Positions 59,515 to 64,000 of a stretch of 64,000 nucleotides of DNA are shown here, piece after piece; the stretch's first letter is position 1; every line of letters starts with the position of its first letter. The notes under the pieces were generated by a model. It was not told the origin of the DNA, searched no databases, and saw only the letters and a program-made list of their open reading frames with translations. A program made the translations under genes and the position numbers. Location: contig CAXXWC010000021.1 of assembly GCA_963668645.2 (NCBI GenBank), positions 64,001-128,000 of the forward strand, in the 5' to 3' direction. Source of the stretch: Desulfobacterales bacterium. GTDB taxonomy: Bacteria; Desulfobacterota; Desulfobacteria; Desulfobacterales; UBA2174.

Positions 59515-60279
59515 TCAGTTGGAGTTTTCGTGCAGCCGGCCGATTTTCGAACAAAACTCGCGCGTGCGCGCCTGTTCGGCGTCGAAAAGAATCTTCTGGG
59601 GCGGCCCCTGCTCGACGATCCGGCCGCCTTCCATGAAATAGATTTCGCTGGCCAGGCTTCCGGCAAAGAGGATCTCGTGGGTGACCAACAGCATGGTCAT
59701 CCCCCCGGCGGCAAGGGCCTGGATCACCTCGTGGACTTCCCCGATCAATTCCGGGTCCAGGGCCGAAGTGGGTTCGTCCAGGAGCATCACTTCGGGCTCC
59801 ATGGCCAAGGCGCGCGCGATGGAAACCCGCTGTTTTTGCCCCCCGGAAAGTTCAGCCGGGTACTTGGCCGCGTGGTCCTTGAGCCCGACCCTCTCCAGCT
59901 CGGCCTCGGCCCGCTGCCTGGCCTCGTTGCGGGGCATCTTGCGCACCTGCACGAGCCCGATCATCACATTGTGCAAGGCGTCGAGGTGATCAAACAGATT
60001 GAAGTCCTGGAAGATCATGCCGACTTTTTGACGATAGGCGTACAGTTCCCGTTTGCGGCCATGGCCGATCCGGACCCCGTTAAGACAGATCTGTCCCGCA
60101 TCGAGCTCGATCAGAAAATTGATGCAGTGCAGCAGCGTGCTCTTGCCGCCCCCGGAAGGGCCGATCACCACCTTGATATCCCCGCGGAACAGATCCAGCG
60201 AGACCCCGTTCAACACCGGGATGCTTCCGAAGCGTTTATGGACGTCCTGAACGCTTAACACCGGTACTTTTTCGGCCAT
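59515..60279 (-). CDS. Polar amino-acid ABC transporter ATPase
   Basis: GPSGGGKS, LSGGQKQR, LDEPTSALDPE. Confidence 0.92.
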   Translation of the reverse strand: MAEKVPVLSVQDVHKRFGSIPVLNGVSLDLFRGDIKVVIGPSGGGKSTLLHCINFLIELDAGQICLNGVRIGHGRKRELYAYRQKVGMIFQDFNLFDHLDALHNVMIGLVQVRKMPRNEARQRAEAELERVGLKDHAAKYPAELSGGQKQRVSIARALAMEPEVMLLDEPTSALDPELIGEVHEVIQALAAGGMTMLLVTHEILFAGSLASEIYFMEGGRIVEQGPPQKILFDAEQARTREFCSKIGRLHENSN

Positions 60280-60292
60280 GCGGCGGATCTCC

Positions 60293-60961
60293 CTATTGCG
60301 CATATCCAGGGATGTGCACCTTCTCCTCCAGCAGCTGTAGGAGTTTGGTGCCGATGTAGGTCAGCAGCAGAAAGATGCAGCCGGCCAGGATATAAATCCA
60401 GAAATGCTGGTAGGTGCGCTCGGCCACGTGCCGGGAGCGCGCCAAAATTTCGGTGACCCCCAGGGCATAGGTGACCGCCGAATCCTTCATGATGATGGTG
60501 TATTCGTTGGTCCAAGCCGGGATCGAAAGCCGCAGGGCCTGGGGCAGCACAATCAGCCAAATTGTGCGGGTATCGCTCATGCCGATGGATCGCGCCGCTT
60601 TGAACTGACCTTCCGGAAGCGATAAAATCGCGCCGCGGATGATCTGGGATTGATAAGCAGAGCTGATCAGACCCAGTACCACAATGGAAACCGCAAAAGG
60701 CGACAGTTCGATTTCCAGTTCGGCCAGCAAGCCGAAATAGAAGATAAACAGGAGCACCAGCAGGGGAATGCCGCGGAAAAACCAGACGTACACCCCCACG
60801 ATGCGCCGCAGCAACCGGCTCCCGTATACCTGGGCCACCGCAAGCAGCAGGCCCAGTCCCAACCCCATGGCCAGCGCACCAACCACCACGGCCACGGTCA
60901 CCCAGACTCCTCCAAGGATATAGGGCAGATTCTCACCGATGACGATCATTCCCTCGGGCAT
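60293..60961 (-). CDS. Polar amino-acid ABC transporter permease
   Basis: FFRGIPLLV, SQIIRGA, LPQALR. Confidence 0.9.
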   Translation of the reverse strand: MPEGMIVIGENLPYILGGVWVTVAVVVGALAMGLGLGLLLAVAQVYGSRLLRRIVGVYVWFFRGIPLLVLLFIFYFGLLAELEIELSPFAVSIVVLGLISSAYQSQIIRGAILSLPEGQFKAARSIGMSDTRTIWLIVLPQALRLSIPAWTNEYTIIMKDSAVTYALGVTEILARSRHVAERTYQHFWIYILAGCIFLLLTYIGTKLLQLLEEKVHIPGYAQ

Positions 60962-61015
60962 CAGATTTCCTCAGGGACGTATTGATTGTGGCGCTTCCCC
61001 TCCGGATGTGTTGAA

Positions 61016-61049
61016 AAAGCGTAGCAATATTTTGATATTGCTACGCTTT
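61016..61049. terminator. Stem-loop after the substrate-binding protein gene
   Basis: Perfect 15-bp stem AAAGCGTAGCAATAT-tttg-ATATTGCTACGCTTT. Confidence 0.65.
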
Positions 61050-61131
61050 CGTATTCTACCGGACAGGTGTTTGAATGCCGTAAATCTGTGAGTCGGCTCG
61101 TGTGCAAACCCACGGCAGCCGCCCGGAACCG

Positions 61132-61899
61132 TTATTTATTCTCACTGAACCACTTCTTTACCAGTTCGGTCCAATAGGGGGAGGCCTTCAGGCGGGCGAT
61201 GCCTTCGTTAAGGGTTTTCTTGAAGGCTTCATCCTCCTTGCGCACCGCATAGCCGTAATCGACGTCCGGCTGGCCATAGCGGCCGATGCTCTTGACCGGC
61301 GCGCCCCGATCCACGGCTTCCTGAAGCGCCGTGTTGGAAACAGCGGCCGCATCGGCACGCCCATTGGCGACATCTTCGATAGCCAGCGGCGTGGTGTCAT
61401 AAAATTTCAGCTCGTAGCTGTAGCCTTTTTTGAGCTGGTTTTCGGTCATCCACTTGGACTCGGCACTGCCCCTCAGCAGGCCGATCTTGCGTCCGGGCGC
61501 AAGAGCCTTTTCCACCGTCAGGTCCGAATCCTTGCGCACCACCAGCAGCTGGACCACCTGCCAATAGGGGTCGCAGAAATCCACCGCCGCCTGTCGTTCG
61601 GGCGTGATGCTCATCCCCGAAGCGATCAGATCGATTTTTTTGGCCTTGAGTGAGGGCACGATGGCCGCCCAGTCGGTGGGTTGGTGCTTGACCTTGAATC
61701 CCATTTCCTTGGCGATCCAGTTGATCGAGTCGATGTCGAAGCCCTTGGGTTGGCCGTCCTTGTCGATGAAGGTAAAGGGCGGATAAGCGGCATCGAAACC
61801 GTTGACGTAGACCTTGTCCTGAGCATATCCGCTGGTCAGTACGGCGAAAATGCAAACCACAAGCACCGTGGCGGCAACTGTCAACCTCAATTTTTTCAT
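61132..61899 (-). CDS. Polar amino-acid ABC substrate-binding protein
   Basis: Signal peptide; YPPF, GFDID, GMSITPER. Confidence 0.92.
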   Translation of the reverse strand: MKKLRLTVAATVLVVCIFAVLTSGYAQDKVYVNGFDAAYPPFTFIDKDGQPKGFDIDSINWIAKEMGFKVKHQPTDWAAIVPSLKAKKIDLIASGMSITPERQAAVDFCDPYWQVVQLLVVRKDSDLTVEKALAPGRKIGLLRGSAESKWMTENQLKKGYSYELKFYDTTPLAIEDVANGRADAAAVSNTALQEAVDRGAPVKSIGRYGQPDVDYGYAVRKEDEAFKKTLNEGIARLKASPYWTELVKKWFSENK

Positions 61900-62276
61900 G
61901 GGGGATTCCTTTCGTTATAAGCTCTTTTGGATTGCGGATCTGTCCCTTTTTTTAAAGGCCATGAAACGGATTTATCCTTATTCCAGACATGCGCGCCAAG
62001 TCAAGCAATTGGGCCTAGCGCCGTTAAATCTCGCTCAAAGCAGACGGCTGGGCCGGATACTTTGATCTGCACCGATCCGAATTCTTCGGCGGACAGACAA
62101 ATGGATCTGTGTTATAGATCCACCCGGCATTTGTCCTCGAATGGCCGCTTTCGGCCCACAGCGCCGTTTCGGGGATTTTATCTTTCAGATGCGCCGCTTC
62201 GCCAAGAGGCTTTGGACCCCAGGAAAGCGCTACAGCTAACGGAAAACAATCCCCCTATACATTTTGGATAAACACT

Positions 62277-63674
62277 ATGGAATGCACCTCCTATACCCCC
62301 ATCACCGCCGAGTTGCGCCAGCGCATCAACCTGGCTTTAGGCGCAAACTGCGAGGTTACCGACCCGCAGGCCCTGGCGAACTATGACCGCGATGCTTCGG
62401 AACTGCGCCACCCCCCGGAGATGGTCGTGCTGGTCCACAACCGCGATCAGGTGCAGGAACTGCTGCGGCTGGCCAACCGATTCCATTTTGCGGTCACTCC
62501 CCGCAGCGCCGGGACGGGGCTTGCCGGAGGCTGCCTGTCGACGTGCGGCGGCGTGGTCCTGGACCTGAGCCATATGAACCGGATCCTTGCCATCGACACC
62601 CGCAGCCTGATCGCCGAAGTCCAGCCGGGGGTGATTACCCAGCAGCTGCGGGATGCCGTCCGCCAGGCCGGCTTGTTCTACCCTCCGGATCCCGCCAGCC
62701 TGGATGAAAGCACCCTGGGCGGCAACGCGGCCACCAATGCCGGCGGCCCGGCCTGTGTCAAATACGGCACCACCAAAGATTACGTCCTCGGTCTCGAGGT
62801 CGTGCTGCCAAACGGGCAATTGCTCCGCACAGGGGTCAAAACCCGTAAAGGCGTGGTCGGCTACGACCTGACGCACCTGATCGTCGGGTCCGAAGGCACG
62901 CTGGGGGTCATCACGGCCCTGACCCTCAAACTGATCCCCCACCCGCCGGCGGTCACCGGTATGGTGGCTGTTTTTAACGATCTGGAAACGGCCATGCAAG
63001 CGGTGGCGAAGGTCATGACCTGCGGCTATCTGCCATCGGCCATCGAATTTCTCGATCACAAGTGCCTTGCCCTGGTCGGAGACCGGCTGCCTTTTGAAGT
63101 ACCTGCCCGCACGGGGGCCCTGCTGATCATCGAAACCGACGGTGTGGCGGACGCCATCGCCGGCGAAATCGACGGCATCGGGCGAATCTGCCGGCAAGCC
63201 GGGGCCGTGCACCTTCAGCCGGCCGCTTCGCCCGAAGAACGTGAACAGATCTGGGAGGCCCGGCGCCAGGTATCTTTGCGCATTCATGACCAAGCTGCCC
63301 TTTATGTCTCCGAGGACGTGGCCGTTCCCCTGGGCCGCATCGCCGATCTGGTTGCCAGCCTGCCGGACTACGAACAGAAATATCATCTGGAAATCTTCGC
63401 CTTCGGCCATGCCGGCGACGGCAATATCCACCTGAACATCACGGCCGCGGACCGGGACCACCCGGATCGCGTGGAAGCCGGCATCCGCGCCCTGCTGCAG
63501 CTTGTGCTGCAAATGGGCGGCACCATTTCCGGCGAACACGGCATCGGGGCCGCCAAGCGGCAATATCTGCCGATGGAGCTGTCCGCCGAGAGCATCCGCC
63601 TGCAACAGGGTATCAAGGCCCTCTTTGATCCCAACCAGGTGCTCAATCCGGGAAAACTCTTTCTGAACAACTGA
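62277..63674 (+). CDS. FAD-linked oxidase, GlcD-like
   Basis: YPPDPAS, NAGG..CVKYG, GSEGTLG, GHAGDGNIH, SGEHGIG, LNPGK. Confidence 0.9.
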   Translation: MECTSYTPITAELRQRINLALGANCEVTDPQALANYDRDASELRHPPEMVVLVHNRDQVQELLRLANRFHFAVTPRSAGTGLAGGCLSTCGGVVLDLSHMNRILAIDTRSLIAEVQPGVITQQLRDAVRQAGLFYPPDPASLDESTLGGNAATNAGGPACVKYGTTKDYVLGLEVVLPNGQLLRTGVKTRKGVVGYDLTHLIVGSEGTLGVITALTLKLIPHPPAVTGMVAVFNDLETAMQAVAKVMTCGYLPSAIEFLDHKCLALVGDRLPFEVPARTGALLIIETDGVADAIAGEIDGIGRICRQAGAVHLQPAASPEEREQIWEARRQVSLRIHDQAALYVSEDVAVPLGRIADLVASLPDYEQKYHLEIFAFGHAGDGNIHLNITAADRDHPDRVEAGIRALLQLVLQMGGTISGEHGIGAAKRQYLPMELSAESIRLQQGIKALFDPNQVLNPGKLFLNN

Positions 63675-63703
63675 ACGCAAACCTTTCGTCAGGAAACCGA
63701 GAC

Positions 63704-64000
63704 ATGACCGATTCAGATTCCGCAATCTCCCGCTTCAGCCGCCGTGTGGCGCAGATTTCCATGTCCGCCACCAAACATATGGCCATTCTGGCCAGCCGGG
63801 TCCCCGGCAGTGTCTCCCTGGGGCAAGGGGTGCCCTCCTTCCCGACGCCGCCCCATATCCTGGAAGCCGTGGCAGCGGCGCTTCAAGAAAATCCGGCCAT
63901 CGGCCGTTATACCTTGCAAAGCGGCATGCCACAGCTGCGCAGCGCCATTGCCGAAATGTGCACGGACGCGAGGGGTGCCGCATTGGATCCAGAGACCGAG
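63704..64000 (+). CDS. PLP-dependent class I/II aminotransferase, 5' part (runs off the window end)
   Basis: MTDSD...VSLGQGVPSFPTPPHI...GRYT...GMPQLRSAIA; open to the end of the window. Confidence 0.8.
   Translation, partial: MTDSDSAISRFSRRVAQISMSATKHMAILASRVPGSVSLGQGVPSFPTPPHILEAVAAALQENPAIGRYTLQSGMPQLRSAIAEMCTDARGAALDPETE

Noticed and set aside
58789..60258. 489-aa plus-strand ORF (likewise 29142-30545 and 62337-63725)
   Set aside because: Antisense shadows of well-supported genes on the opposite strand
1..64000. CRISPR array, tRNA or rRNA genes
   Set aside because: No regularly spaced identical repeats or recognisable structural RNA genes noticed by eye; a covariance-model scan was not possible

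Overview
GC-rich bacterial DNA. The gene content (sigma-54 regulator, DUF3786/DUF5320/NifB-NifX genes, TRAP transporter, CCG Fe-S proteins) suggests a Desulfobacterota-like anaerobe; this is an inference. The main structure that the ORF track does not show is a decayed chromosomal integron at about 4.4-16.2 kb. It has a stop-riddled, internally deleted intI remnant (16011-16230, +), an attI-like site (15852-15871) and a minus-strand, largely AT-rich cassette array: amidase, TIR-domain protein, NmrA-like protein, PAS-PAS protein, a chimeric MaoC-like ORF and possibly a methyltransferase. Four attC hairpins are recognisable. Two different group IIC introns sit inside consecutive attC sites. They insert one nucleotide apart in the core (TTGT|T versus GGTT|A), and their predicted EBS1/EBS3 sequences differ accordingly. 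An intact IS66 and an internally deleted IS200 also lie in the array. The rest of the window is mostly metabolic and housekeeping: pfkA, a GntR-linked operon (FAD 2-hydroxyacid dehydrogenase, split Fe-S partner, LeuA-like synthase, PrpD, TRAP transporter), a SpoT-like HD protein, radical SAM genes, ppiB, recQ followed by a ~1745-aa exonuclease-RecQ-UvrD fusion, azlCD, a polar amino-acid ABC transporter and a GlcD-like oxidase. All calls come from reading motifs by eye; no searches were run.
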